64,000 nucleotides of DNA from an uncultured archaeon (GTDB taxonomy: Archaea > Altiarchaeota > Altiarchaeia > IMC4 > SCGC-AAA252-I15), in the NCBI GenBank assembly GCA_964587725.1, contig CAZPLO010000001.1, positions 151,208 through 215,207 of the forward strand. Reading direction: 5' to 3'. Positions within the stretch are counted from its first letter, which is position 1, and the number at the start of each line of letters is the position of its first letter. The notes under the pieces are model-generated. The model made no database searches and was not told the DNA's origin. It worked only from the letters and a program-made list of their open reading frames with translations. This document shows, in pieces, positions 11,412-21,144 of this stretch. Position numbers and translations under genes: made by a program.

Positions 11412-11909
11412 TCACTTCAAATCGTTCGTCAGCTTCGGCTTGAACAGTTTCCTGAAAAGATCGGGGCCCTTAGACCCTATGTCGTCCTTGGCTATGAAGG
11501 CGTCCGCCTTGAGGAGGCGGGCGTCGTCCTCGTATCCCCGCTGGTCGGATTCGAGGACCACCGGCACCCCTGGGACAATCCTCTTCGCCTCCCCTATCAT
11601 CCGCAGGCCGCACCGTTCGGTGTCGTCGTGTTTGCCCGGCTGCGGCAGGTCGGGGTAGTAGTTCACGTCGGTAACTACCCCGCAGACCCTGTGCGCGTTT
11701 TTCCTGAGTATGTCGACCGCCACAGAGTATGTGTCAGTGGCTTCCACGTCGATTGCAGCCTTGAATGCCTTGCGTAATGCAGCAACGATAATCTCCTGGT
11801 GGGGTGTGCTGTCTTCAGCCACGACCACTAGCGGTTTAGGGGAGCCCATAATCTGCCCGTTGAATGAGTCGGACTTTTCACGCTGTCCGCCGGCTGTGGC
11901 CTGCATCAT
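11412..11909 (-). CDS. Stand-alone response-regulator receiver domain protein
   Basis: VVVAED, VVTD (phospho-acceptor), GLRMI, PVVLES, ADAFIAK: complete CheY-like motif order. Confidence 0.7.
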   Translation of the reverse strand: MMQATAGGQREKSDSFNGQIMGSPKPLVVVAEDSTPHQEIIVAALRKAFKAAIDVEATDTYSVAVDILRKNAHRVCGVVTDVNYYPDLPQPGKHDDTERCGLRMIGEAKRIVPGVPVVLESDQRGYEDDARLLKADAFIAKDDIGSKGPDLFRKLFKPKLTNDLK

Positions 11910-11946
11910 TTAAAATATTAAGGCCTGAAGCCGTATTATATCCACG

Positions 11947-12459
11947 ATGGCGTACGGCATACTGTCTGGGATGAAGGTGTTGGTGGGGGACTCTGACTTG
12001 AAGAGCCAGTTGAAGGACCGCGGCTTCGGCGAAATCAAGGGGAAGGCGCTGGTGCTGTCGCTGATAGAGGCAGCGTATCTGGCAGAGTCGGAGAAACTGG
12101 AGGTGGTTAAGGGCAAGAAGACGCTGACGTTTGAGGATATAGTGAATGTCGGCGGCAAGAAGGAGGAGGAGTTCTTGAACAAATACCTCGTCTATAAGGA
12201 CCTCCGGGAACGCGGCATGCTGGTGCGCACGGGACTGAAGTTCGGCACTGATTTCAGACTATACGACCGCGGCAGCAAACTCGGGAAATCCCACAGCAAA
12301 TACCTGGTGCATGTGGTGCCCGAGGAATACACGTGCAGCTTCCCCGAGATGGCACGCGCCCTGCGGCTCGCGAAAAACGTGAACAAGGACATGATATACG
12401 CGATAGTCGACGAAGAAGGAGACATCACCTACTACCTCGTCGACAGGATGAAACTGTGA
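11947..12459 (+). CDS. endA: tRNA-splicing endonuclease
   Basis: LSLIEAAYL, VYKDLRERG, TGLKFGTDFRLY, HSKYLV, DEEGDITYY. Confidence 0.93.
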   Translation: MAYGILSGMKVLVGDSDLKSQLKDRGFGEIKGKALVLSLIEAAYLAESEKLEVVKGKKTLTFEDIVNVGGKKEEEFLNKYLVYKDLRERGMLVRTGLKFGTDFRLYDRGSKLGKSHSKYLVHVVPEEYTCSFPEMARALRLAKNVNKDMIYAIVDEEGDITYYLVDRMKL

Positions 12460-12461
12460 AT

Positions 12462-13103
12462 TTAGTAGATTGTCCTGTGGTCCACGTCTATGAAGCTTTG
12501 GCTCATATTGGCTACTGTCCCCCGGACGTCAATCGGCGCGTCCGGTTTGGAGAGGATTCCAATCAACGGCGAAGACACCAGGGTAGTGGTTTGGCATCTC
12601 TCCCTTAAGGCAGGGTCGGTTTTAAGGTAGGATGGAGAAGCCCCCGGTATGTTCGTGTCCACGCGTTCCTTGATGCGCACATAATATGTGTCTCTAACGC
12701 CCGCCGAATCAGGCTCCGAGAATGCTAGTATGGAGCCGGATTCAGTCAATGCGATGACGGCTGCGCTGGTGTCTTTGTCCACGTAGTCCATCTGCTTCAA
12801 ACCAGCTTCCACGCCGATTTCAGTGAACACCGCCCGCTTGGTCAGCCAGTTCAACGCCATAGCCTCCCGGAAATCCTCCCGCGACCTGCCCGCACCCTTG
12901 AGGGGGTAGGCTTCGTCGGCCATACCACGAACCCGCATCCGATAGTCCTCAGGAACCATGCCCAGGAAGGTTTCTCCAGCACCCTTGCGCCTAGTCAAAT
13001 CATCCATAACCCTCTGAACCCGCACCTCAGAGCCTCTGTACAGCCCCGGCAGGTTCCGGTCAGGGCCCTGCCCCCTCTTCGGAGCCGGGGAACGCGCAAT
13101 CAC
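12462..13103 (-). CDS. Hypothetical protein (orphan)
   Basis: 213-aa ORF fills the gap; no recognisable motif. Confidence 0.6.
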   Translation of the reverse strand: MIARSPAPKRGQGPDRNLPGLYRGSEVRVQRVMDDLTRRKGAGETFLGMVPEDYRMRVRGMADEAYPLKGAGRSREDFREAMALNWLTKRAVFTEIGVEAGLKQMDYVDKDTSAAVIALTESGSILAFSEPDSAGVRDTYYVRIKERVDTNIPGASPSYLKTDPALRERCQTTTLVSSPLIGILSKPDAPIDVRGTVANMSQSFIDVDHRTIY

Positions 13104-13134
13104 ATTACTATACGGGAGCGGACGGGTAATAAAT

Positions 13135-14763
13135 TCAACTCAGATATATCTTCTCCTCGACAGTAATTTCCGGTTTCTGTTTGCCGTGTGTGTAGGTGTA
13201 TGTTAAACCGCAGTGGTAGGCTGTTTCACCGACGCATGCGGTGATGTGTTTGTTGTCTGAGGCGTGGGGTTGGTTGGGTTTCTTGGCGGACGGGTCTATG
13301 TAAGTCCATGAGCCGTCGTAGTATTCCGCCCAGGCGTGGCCGCGGAGGTCGCTGGCGTTTACGAGGGAGCCGGATACTCTCCTCGCTGGTATGCCGGCGC
13401 ACCGGGCCATTGCTATGAACAGGTCGGCGTGTTCGTCGCATGCTCCGCGGCGGTTGATGAAACAGTGTTCGGCGCCGAGTTCCTGGCTGTTGTATTCGTA
13501 CTCGATGTTGTTTCGTATCCAACCCTGTATGCGGCTGACAACTGTGGAGGTGTCGGTGCGGTTGCCCTTCAGTATGCCGGCGCGGTAGCAGATGTCGTCT
13601 GTTGTCGGGCTGAAGTCGTTCTCCAGCAGGTACAGGGAGGTGAAGTAGTCCTGCTCCGCCTTCACCGGAGGCGGCATGCGGTGGAGTTCGATTTCATGCG
13701 TCACAGAAAATTCCTTAACTCCGTAGGCGGGCATGGGGAAACTGTAAATGTAGAAGACGCCCCCCACCGTGGTGTGCACCTCATCCGGTTCAGGGTCGAA
13801 TGAAGAGGAGAGAAGACGCTGCTGGGGCTGATAATCTATGACAGGAGAGCTGACATTCAATGTGACTGAGGCTTCGCCGCCCTCGTTCCTGACCACCACC
13901 TGCTTCGTCACGTTCAAACTTATCGCGCAGGGGCGGCGGCATATGCTTCCGCAGTCCACGGACTCCTCGCCCTCGTCGACCACATGGTTTACGCAGTTGT
14001 ACTGTATGGTGTTGTATCTGTCGACCGCCGAATTGTATGTTACAACGAAGGAGCGGTCCATGTCCCCGGCGTCCGCGAACAGCCGGTTGGCTGTGAGCCG
14101 GTAGCCGTCGACTCCTGTGTTGGCGTACAACACCATGTTGTGCACCGCCTCCAAGTATGTGCCGAGGGTGTCGTTGAAATCCCGCTTCAGATAACCGAGG
14201 GATTGTGGGGGGTCGGCCGCCGCCAGCCGCACCCGCAACTGCTCAGACAACCCGTAGGTGTCCAAGGCCGCGGCCTTCAGCGCGGTGGTGTCCTGGTCGC
14301 TGTTGTATGCGCGGATGGCTTCAGTGTATTCCGCAGAGGACTCCTCCCACTCCTTCCGCATGCTGCTCACACGGGTGAGGTAGGTGAGTTCAGGTGACTC
14401 GCAAGGCGTGCACGGGCCTCCGCAGTCCACGTCGTCTTCGCCCTGGTTCCGTACGCCGTCGACGCAGGAGGGGGTGCAGTCCCTAGGGCAGGAGGGGTGG
14501 TTTTCACCCTCCTCGCAGACTCCGTTGCCGCAGCAGCCCTGCAGGCGCTGGGGCAGACACTCACCTGAGAAGCACGCGTACTCCATGCAGCCTCCCCGGC
14601 CGAAGCATCCGTCGACGGGGCCCGAAAGCGGCCGATGCTGGCAGACGCCGTCGACGCAGGAGTCGAAGGTGCAGGGATTAGAGTCGTCGCAGCCCATGCA
14701 GGAGAGCTGGGTGCACCCTGAAAACAGGACCAGAAAAAAGATGAAGTATTTCCTCACCGTCAC
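13135..14763 (-). CDS. Lipoprotein with Cys-rich repeats and C-terminal transglutaminase-like domain
   Basis: Lipobox LFSGC; CDDSNPCTFDSC, CGNGVCE, DGVRNQGEDDVDCGGPC repeats; GACDEHA / GIPARRV / HAWAEYY / YID catalytic triad. Confidence 0.85.
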   Translation of the reverse strand: MTVRKYFIFFLVLFSGCTQLSCMGCDDSNPCTFDSCVDGVCQHRPLSGPVDGCFGRGGCMEYACFSGECLPQRLQGCCGNGVCEEGENHPSCPRDCTPSCVDGVRNQGEDDVDCGGPCTPCESPELTYLTRVSSMRKEWEESSAEYTEAIRAYNSDQDTTALKAAALDTYGLSEQLRVRLAAADPPQSLGYLKRDFNDTLGTYLEAVHNMVLYANTGVDGYRLTANRLFADAGDMDRSFVVTYNSAVDRYNTIQYNCVNHVVDEGEESVDCGSICRRPCAISLNVTKQVVVRNEGGEASVTLNVSSPVIDYQPQQRLLSSSFDPEPDEVHTTVGGVFYIYSFPMPAYGVKEFSVTHEIELHRMPPPVKAEQDYFTSLYLLENDFSPTTDDICYRAGILKGNRTDTSTVVSRIQGWIRNNIEYEYNSQELGAEHCFINRRGACDEHADLFIAMARCAGIPARRVSGSLVNASDLRGHAWAEYYDGSWTYIDPSAKKPNQPHASDNKHITACVGETAYHCGLTYTYTHGKQKPEITVEEKIYLS

Positions 14764-15173
14764 TCCCCCTCGTCTGCAGGCTGCCGGGGGTCAATGAAGT
14801 CCTTAACGTATTTCTTCGCCACCTCAGGGTCAGCCTCCTCCTTCGTGGACGGGAGGTTGAGGTCCTGCAAATCCGACTCCACGGAAGACAACGCCTCCAT
14901 CAGCCGGGTGAACTCCTCCGACTCCCCCGACGGGAGAGCGTATTCTGCAATGCATGTGACGCATTCGACGGTGGGTTTAACGTGCAGTCGGTGGGTTGAC
15001 GTCAACACGCCGTCGGCTTCCCGGACGAAACCCACCTTCAGAAGAAGCTCCTTCACGGCGCCAGCTGAGTCCCCCGCCACTTCAGCGAGCTTATCCTCCC
15101 GCAGCTCACCCTCACGCCTAAGCCTCTCCACCACCTCATAGAGGACGGCGGAGCGGGTTGCCCCGGACGCCAC
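14760..15173 (-). CDS. Hypothetical protein, possible winged-helix
   Basis: Stop overlaps the next start; VKELLLKVGFVRE resembles a wHTH wing. Confidence 0.55.
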   Translation of the reverse strand: MASGATRSAVLYEVVERLRREGELREDKLAEVAGDSAGAVKELLLKVGFVREADGVLTSTHRLHVKPTVECVTCIAEYALPSGESEEFTRLMEALSSVESDLQDLNLPSTKEEADPEVAKKYVKDFIDPRQPADEGE

Positions 15174-15231
15174 ATAAGAATATCCACTGCAGAGTTAAAT
15201 AAAAAGAAATAAAGGTAAAGGATTTTACGGT

Positions 15232-16098
15232 ATGGCGGAGCAGATACCCGACCACGTCTACGGAAACACCGTGAGATACCTCATCATACTGTCACTGACG
15301 GTGTTGTTTATCACATTGTCTCTGGCCAGCTACAGCACCACCGGGTACACACTCACCAAATACCCCGGACTCCACGGCTCCGCGGTGGTGTGCGTGGAAG
15401 GCGAGGTCAACCCCACCAACCAGTCCATAACAGTCATCAACTCCGGCGACGAGCCCACCGTGAACCCGTGGGTGGACGTCAACGGCGACATGCATTTGTT
15501 CAACATGACCGTGGACGAGGTGGGGGTGAGGAAGCAGACCATGTCCCTGCAGCTGGGATGCAACAACGTAACATACGGGGCGGACTCGGACACCAAATTC
15601 AAGGTCCGTGTGGAGTACCTCAGCCACTGGCGGCCGGAGGTCAAGTACCTGGACATAGGCAACCTGCAGGTCGGCCACAGCGTACGCTACTTCATCGGCG
15701 CCGACGATGCCGTGAAGTCGAGGCTGAACATAACAGACATAACCCGCGACACGGCGAAACCCATATTCGAAGGGGAATTCAACGGCACCGCCGTCCGGTT
15801 CAAGATAGAGGAGGCAGGCAACTACAAGGCCGGCGTCCAGGTCTACGACGGCTACGTGTGGAGCGACCTCTACGAGGCAGGATTCACCGCCCACGTGATA
15901 ACAACCAACGAACACAAGAAGACCGTCAGAGTGTACGAGCTCGAAGACGATGATGTGTTGGAGCACGGCGGCATAGTACCCATTGAGATAATGCCCGACG
16001 ACAGCGAGTCTCTGAGGTTGGGGAAGCGGGCGTGGAACGGCGCCTACATGCTGGTGAAGCGTCTGACAGACTTAATTAAAGCCAACATCCCTATATGA
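15232..16098 (+). CDS. Membrane-anchored hypothetical protein, beta-rich (Ig-like)
   Basis: N-terminal TM helix, several NxS/T sequons, coupled to priL. Confidence 0.65.
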   Translation: MAEQIPDHVYGNTVRYLIILSLTVLFITLSLASYSTTGYTLTKYPGLHGSAVVCVEGEVNPTNQSITVINSGDEPTVNPWVDVNGDMHLFNMTVDEVGVRKQTMSLQLGCNNVTYGADSDTKFKVRVEYLSHWRPEVKYLDIGNLQVGHSVRYFIGADDAVKSRLNITDITRDTAKPIFEGEFNGTAVRFKIEEAGNYKAGVQVYDGYVWSDLYEAGFTAHVITTNEHKKTVRVYELEDDDVLEHGGIVPIEIMPDDSESLRLGKRAWNGAYMLVKRLTDLIKANIPI

Positions 16099-17102
16099 GA
16101 ACCATGGAGTTGGCTGAACTGCAGCACCTAGCCAAATACCCGTTCCTCAGGAAAAGCAGGGAGTATGTTGCTTCGCTGAATTTGTCATTCGAAGACATAC
16201 TCCAGCACCCCATCTACTCCGCAGCCCTCGACCTCGGCAGGAAGAGGGTGCTGGACTGCTTGGACGGCAGATACAGGCCGGAATACGACGACCGGCTGAC
16301 AGCGGAACTCACCATACTAAGTTATCCGGTTGCGAGGATGCTGGCACATACAGTGGGCAGAACCACCGCCTTCAAACACGCCTCCGGCGAGGCCGACGCC
16401 GCATACCGGCTGCTGAAGAACGAGGACGACGGAGTCGTGGATGAAATCTCCAGAGACTTGGGCGTGATGGTTGAGGGAGGGGTTATGCCGTTGGTACAGT
16501 ACACTAAACTGGCTGCGGGGCTGAGCAGGCAGAACCAGAAGTGGAAGCTCAGCAACAGAGTCGTATACGAGGGAAAAGTGGAGGTCGAATCAGGGGAGGT
16601 CAGGGCCCTGCTGCAGGAGGCTGTTAAAAACCGTGTCATGGAAGCGGTGGACACCCAGAAAATCCCGGACGAGGTTAAAAAACTGGCAAAGAACATGAAG
16701 GGCAGCCTCACCGGAACCCGGAAGACCATCGAAATAGACTACCTGGAAGAGGACGCCATCGGACCCTGCATCAAAGGCATGCTCTCCGACTTGGAGGCGG
16801 GCATGGCATCCCACACCGGAATGTTCATTTTAGCCACGTTCTTCCACAACCTCGGCTTGAAGAAGGAAGACATACTGGGGATATTCGCGAGGTCGCCGAA
16901 ATACGACGAAGAAAAGGCGCTGTACCAGCTCGAATTCCTCACCGGCGAACGAGGCGGCACAGAATACACGTGCCCCACCTGCGCCACCATCAAAAGCTAC
17001 GGCCTCTGCAGAGACACCTGCAACGTCAAACACCCCCTCCAATACTACCGCCAACACGCAAAACGGAAACCCAAGGTTATTAAAAAAAAGAAGAATAAGT
17101 AA
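16095..17102 (+). CDS. priL: DNA primase large subunit
   Basis: AKYPFL, ILSYPVAR, WKLSNR, PCIKGM, YTCPTCATIKSYGLC, KHPLQYY Fe-S domain. Confidence 0.93.
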   Translation: MRTMELAELQHLAKYPFLRKSREYVASLNLSFEDILQHPIYSAALDLGRKRVLDCLDGRYRPEYDDRLTAELTILSYPVARMLAHTVGRTTAFKHASGEADAAYRLLKNEDDGVVDEISRDLGVMVEGGVMPLVQYTKLAAGLSRQNQKWKLSNRVVYEGKVEVESGEVRALLQEAVKNRVMEAVDTQKIPDEVKKLAKNMKGSLTGTRKTIEIDYLEEDAIGPCIKGMLSDLEAGMASHTGMFILATFFHNLGLKKEDILGIFARSPKYDEEKALYQLEFLTGERGGTEYTCPTCATIKSYGLCRDTCNVKHPLQYYRQHAKRKPKVIKKKKNK

Positions 17103-17105
17103 CTG

Positions 17106-19088
17106 ATGAGGCGGATTCCCTCCTTAATCCTGCTGGTTCTGCTCGCCTCCACAGTATTAGCCGACGGCGGAGTCTACACAGCCTACTCATACGGCGAAGA
17201 CACGCTCTCGCTCATGCCCGAGGACGTACAGTACGCGTACATTGAACACGGCGGCGGAGTGGAGGAGCTGAGGGTGGCCGTCAAGACCAGATTCGACGGT
17301 GAGCAGATGTTCTGGATTCTCCCCCTGCCCGCCAGGGCGGAGGACGTGGAAGTCGACGTCCTAGAGGGCTTCCCGGAGTTCAGCGGCCACGAAGTGAACA
17401 GCAGGGCAGGGTACATAATACATCAGTCGCGTGGAATCCTGTTGGCAACCCAGCTGTACACGATACCGTTCTCACCCCTCATGTACGGGTTCAGCCCCTG
17501 CGGAGTATTCAGCATGGGCGGGGGAAGGGGAGACGGTGTTTCAGCAGCCAGCGACTCCGGCGTCAGGGTGGAGGCGCATATGGAGAAAAAGGGACTGACC
17601 CTCGAAGCCTTGAAGGCTGACGACTGGAGTTCGCTCGACAACTACCTGCAGATGAAGGGCGTTAAACTGCCAGACAGCTCCAGAGACGTCATTGGAGAAT
17701 ACGTAGGCGGCGGATACTCCTTCATGGTTGCGTGGGTGTCCGACGCCGGCGAATACGCCCGCCACTCATCAGACACGCTTTCGATGAAGGCCCGGTTCCC
17801 GTCGAAGAAGATATTCTATCCCATGAAGCTTACCTCGGTCTACGGCGAACAGAGGGTTCCCATCAGAGTATACGTCAAAGGCTTCGTCCAGCCGGAGCCG
17901 AGCAGCAGCAGAGAATATTCTTTGCACACAGGCTATTACGGCGGCGACACGCCTTACACCAAGATAAGCGTTAACGCCCGCGCACGCGACTTGAACGAGG
18001 ACCTGTGGCTCAACAGTGAAAAGTCGCTGAAGACAACGGCAGCCTACGCCATCGGCAGAAACACTATCCTGGCTCCAGCAACCATATTCCTGTACGCCAG
18101 CTGCATAGCAGCGTTGATTGCAGGCTACGTCGTGCACGGACGCAGGCACCCGCTGACGTCCTACATGAAAATAGGCATCTACAATTTCGCCACGGTGTTG
18201 GGGGTCTACCACGCGGCAGACAACCTGGAGACTGAGAAACACTTCGGAATAGACACTGTGTTACTGTGGGTTTTAGGGGGCCTGCCAGCCATAACAGTCG
18301 TGGCGGCGGTGGCACCCAAGGCTGTGACAGCGCTGCTGTTCGCCGTCTTCACCGGCGTCTCCCTCAGACAGTATCTGAAGTCTAAGTCGTTCCCCTGGAT
18401 GATGCTCACGGCAACATACGCTCTACTGTACCTGGAAGAGTTCATCCCGAAGGCGTTTGATTCATCTGCCCTACTGACCATATTCTACGCCATGCTGGTG
18501 CCTCTCCTCTATATGACCTCAATTTTATATCTCCTGTTTGCGGCAGCATACTTCATAATCGTCAGCTTCCCGCTCCAGACGGCGGTGGCCCTGTTGGCCC
18601 TGTTGGTCTACTTCAGGAAAGACATTCTGTCGTGGTGGGGGAGGATAACGTCGGCAAAGCGTTTCACCCTCGTCTTCACCGTCTACTTCACGCTGCTGGT
18701 ACTGCTGACCACCCAGGCGCTCCTGAGCGTCTACCAGCCGGACATATACAGGGGAGGCACATTGGTATCTCATGGATTCAATCGCATCAAACCGCAGCTG
18801 GCGGGCACGGGAATCCGCGGCGGCGAGGGAGTGTTCATGGCCATGTTCACCAACGGCGTGGGCAGAAACATTGACGTCACCGGCGTACTGGTCGAAGGCG
18901 ACGATGTCATCTGCGAAGGATACAGCGAGCCCACGCGCGTCGGCGCAGGAGACAACTTCCGGGTGACAGCCCACGACTGCGTGAAGGGAACGCCGGGCGA
19001 CCTATACAGTGTAACCGTTACATTAGACTATGAAGTTGACGGCGAAAACTACTATGAAGAGGGTTTTATACGGGGGCCGTTCGAGTAA
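17106..19088 (+). CDS. DUF2330-like extracellular domain + multi-pass membrane region + C-terminal beta domain
   Basis: Signal peptide then DGG; FWILPLP, LDNYL..GVKLP..IGEYV, IFYPMKLTS resemble DUF2330; about 7-8 TM segments. Confidence 0.65.
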   Translation: MRRIPSLILLVLLASTVLADGGVYTAYSYGEDTLSLMPEDVQYAYIEHGGGVEELRVAVKTRFDGEQMFWILPLPARAEDVEVDVLEGFPEFSGHEVNSRAGYIIHQSRGILLATQLYTIPFSPLMYGFSPCGVFSMGGGRGDGVSAASDSGVRVEAHMEKKGLTLEALKADDWSSLDNYLQMKGVKLPDSSRDVIGEYVGGGYSFMVAWVSDAGEYARHSSDTLSMKARFPSKKIFYPMKLTSVYGEQRVPIRVYVKGFVQPEPSSSREYSLHTGYYGGDTPYTKISVNARARDLNEDLWLNSEKSLKTTAAYAIGRNTILAPATIFLYASCIAALIAGYVVHGRRHPLTSYMKIGIYNFATVLGVYHAADNLETEKHFGIDTVLLWVLGGLPAITVVAAVAPKAVTALLFAVFTGVSLRQYLKSKSFPWMMLTATYALLYLEEFIPKAFDSSALLTIFYAMLVPLLYMTSILYLLFAAAYFIIVSFPLQTAVALLALLVYFRKDILSWWGRITSAKRFTLVFTVYFTLLVLLTTQALLSVYQPDIYRGGTLVSHGFNRIKPQLAGTGIRGGEGVFMAMFTNGVGRNIDVTGVLVEGDDVICEGYSEPTRVGAGDNFRVTAHDCVKGTPGDLYSVTVTLDYEVDGENYYEEGFIRGPFE

Positions 19089-19121
19089 AAGGTTATTAAA
19101 AAGGAAAGAGAATAGGTTAAC

Positions 19122-19466
19122 ATGGACTATAAACCCGCTCCGCAGGATGACCGGGTTAACGAGCATTTGTTTGAAATCGATTTGGAGCGGAGCCGCGTCT
19201 ACTGGGATTACTACAAGAGCATGTTTCTGGTGTTTTCGATGGCGTTGGCTGCGGCCATGGTTTGTGTGACGTTGATTTACACGAAAGGCGGGTTGACGCT
19301 GGTGCCGACGGTCGGCATCATACTGCTGCTGTTCCTGTGTGTCATACTGTTGAGTGCGCTGATGAGCCTTACCATATGGCGGCACGAAAACAAGCACTTG
19401 GACGAGCTCGCCGCCGTGGAAGTCGGCGAGGCGGAGAAGCCCGTCAGCGGACAGCCGCTGGTTTAG
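19122..19466 (+). CDS. Small two-TM hypothetical protein
   Basis: Two hydrophobic segments; own TATA-like box. Confidence 0.6.
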   Translation: MDYKPAPQDDRVNEHLFEIDLERSRVYWDYYKSMFLVFSMALAAAMVCVTLIYTKGGLTLVPTVGIILLLFLCVILLSALMSLTIWRHENKHLDELAAVEVGEAEKPVSGQPLV

Positions 19467-19783
19467 GATGTCTTCACTGCGGTGCCGTAGACTAATATTT
19501 CAGCCATCTGCTGCCCTATTTGGGAGGTGGTGAACCGGACATTCACCACCGCCGTGGCGCCCATCTTTTCAGCGTCGTCAAGCATTCTTTCGATTGCTTG
19601 GTCGCGCGCCTCCTCCAGGAGTTTGCTGTATTCCTTGACTTCCCCGCCGACGATGTTGCGGAGGCCTGCGAGGAAGTCTGCTCCGAACCATTTAGCGCGG
19701 ACGCTGCTGCCCCGCACCACACCCATTATCTCAGTAATCTCCTGCCCTGTTATTTCGGGCGTAGTCACATACTTCATTTTCAT
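19463..19783 (-). CDS. YbjQ/UPF0145 family protein
   Basis: GVVRGSSVRA, DFLAGLRNIVGGEVKEY, AVVNVRF, EILVYGTAV. Confidence 0.93.
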   Translation of the reverse strand: MKMKYVTTPEITGQEITEIMGVVRGSSVRAKWFGADFLAGLRNIVGGEVKEYSKLLEEARDQAIERMLDDAEKMGATAVVNVRFTTSQIGQQMAEILVYGTAVKTS

Positions 19784-19815
19784 AATTATTTATAATTTTG
19801 GCTTATTTTTTTAGA

Positions 19816-21075
19816 TTATTTCCATTTGTCTAGGGCCTGGTTGAGTTCTGGGTGCTTATCCGCGTACTCCTGGAGCGTCTGCCCCTCCAGAACCGCGTCT
19901 ACCGCCTGACGTGCCGCGGACGCCCCTGAACGAGTGCCCCGGGGGTGGCCGTGTATGCCGCCACCCAACTGTATGATAATATCCGACCCCATCAGCTCCA
20001 TCAGTTGGTCTATCAGCCCCGGGTGCAGCCCCCCGGACGCGACGGGGAAGGTTGGTTTCATCCCCTGCCAGTTTTGCGGTAATCGGTTTACGTCCTCGGC
20101 AACTTTGTCGGCGGTTATCTCCTCCTTTATCGACAGCACCTCCCTGGCCGGGCCCTCCATCTTACCGACGGCGGTGCCTATGTGCAGCTGGTCCATGCCG
20201 ACGAGACGGCAGAGTTTGGCGAGCGCCAGCATACTCAGTCCGTGTTTCTTGTTCCTCGTCAACGCAGCGTGCATTGCGCGGTGGGCGTGCAACACCAACC
20301 CTATGTCCTGATTTCTCACAGTCTGCAGCGCACTGAACCCCAGGGTGACGACGTCCACCATCGCATACCTTCCGTTGTGGTCTTTCACGTATTCGAGGCG
20401 GCGGAGCATCTCAGCAGACTCGGCCGTAATATTGGCCATGTAGACCTTGTTTTCCCCGGTCTCCTGCTCCGCCTTGTTCCTCGCCTCCAATGTCTCCACC
20501 ACCCGCTCGTCGAACGGGTTGAACGACTGGCTGGTGAGGTTCTCGTCGTCTTTCACGACGTCGCATCCGCCGACCCACGCCTCATACGCGACCTTCGCAT
20601 GCTCCCGCGGATTCAAACCCACCTTCGGCTTCACGATGGTTCCGACGAGAGGTCGTTCTTTCACATCCAGTATATCGCGCACACCCCCTATGCCGAAGTT
20701 CGGGCCCTTGAATGATTTCACGTATGTCTCAGGCAACGTGAAGTCGAGGAGTCTTAGGTTGTTGAGCGCCTTCATGCCGTATATGTTGCCTGCTATGCTG
20801 GACAGCAGCTGCGGCACGTTCCCGAGCTCGAACAGTTCCAGTGGATACGCTATCTTAACCTGCTTGGCGGACTCGTCCATGCTAAAGACGTGCGGCTGAA
20901 GCCTGCCGCGTATCTCATCCTTCATGGTCTTCACGTCCGTCCACGTGCCGATGCTGGATTCGGCTGTGACGTGAACTGCGGCATCTTCCAAACTCAAACC
21001 TTCGGACGGCTCGACATAGAACAGACAGGTTAAATCCTCCTTCCCCGGCTCATAGCCCAAGTCAACGTACGACAT
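19816..21075 (-). CDS. rbcL: Ribulose-1,5-bisphosphate carboxylase, form III
   Basis: AESSIGTW, GTIVKPKVGL, DVVKDDE, HAHRAMH, QLHIGTAVGKMEG, PVASGG, QLGGGIHGHP; start set at MSYVDL. Confidence 0.95.
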   Translation of the reverse strand: MSYVDLGYEPGKEDLTCLFYVEPSEGLSLEDAAVHVTAESSIGTWTDVKTMKDEIRGRLQPHVFSMDESAKQVKIAYPLELFELGNVPQLLSSIAGNIYGMKALNNLRLLDFTLPETYVKSFKGPNFGIGGVRDILDVKERPLVGTIVKPKVGLNPREHAKVAYEAWVGGCDVVKDDENLTSQSFNPFDERVVETLEARNKAEQETGENKVYMANITAESAEMLRRLEYVKDHNGRYAMVDVVTLGFSALQTVRNQDIGLVLHAHRAMHAALTRNKKHGLSMLALAKLCRLVGMDQLHIGTAVGKMEGPAREVLSIKEEITADKVAEDVNRLPQNWQGMKPTFPVASGGLHPGLIDQLMELMGSDIIIQLGGGIHGHPRGTRSGASAARQAVDAVLEGQTLQEYADKHPELNQALDKWK

Positions 21076-21144
21076 ATGTGAGATATGAGAGCCGTCGGTT
21101 AAAAGAAGCCCCCCCATTTAAGCAGACACTACCCAGAATATAGT

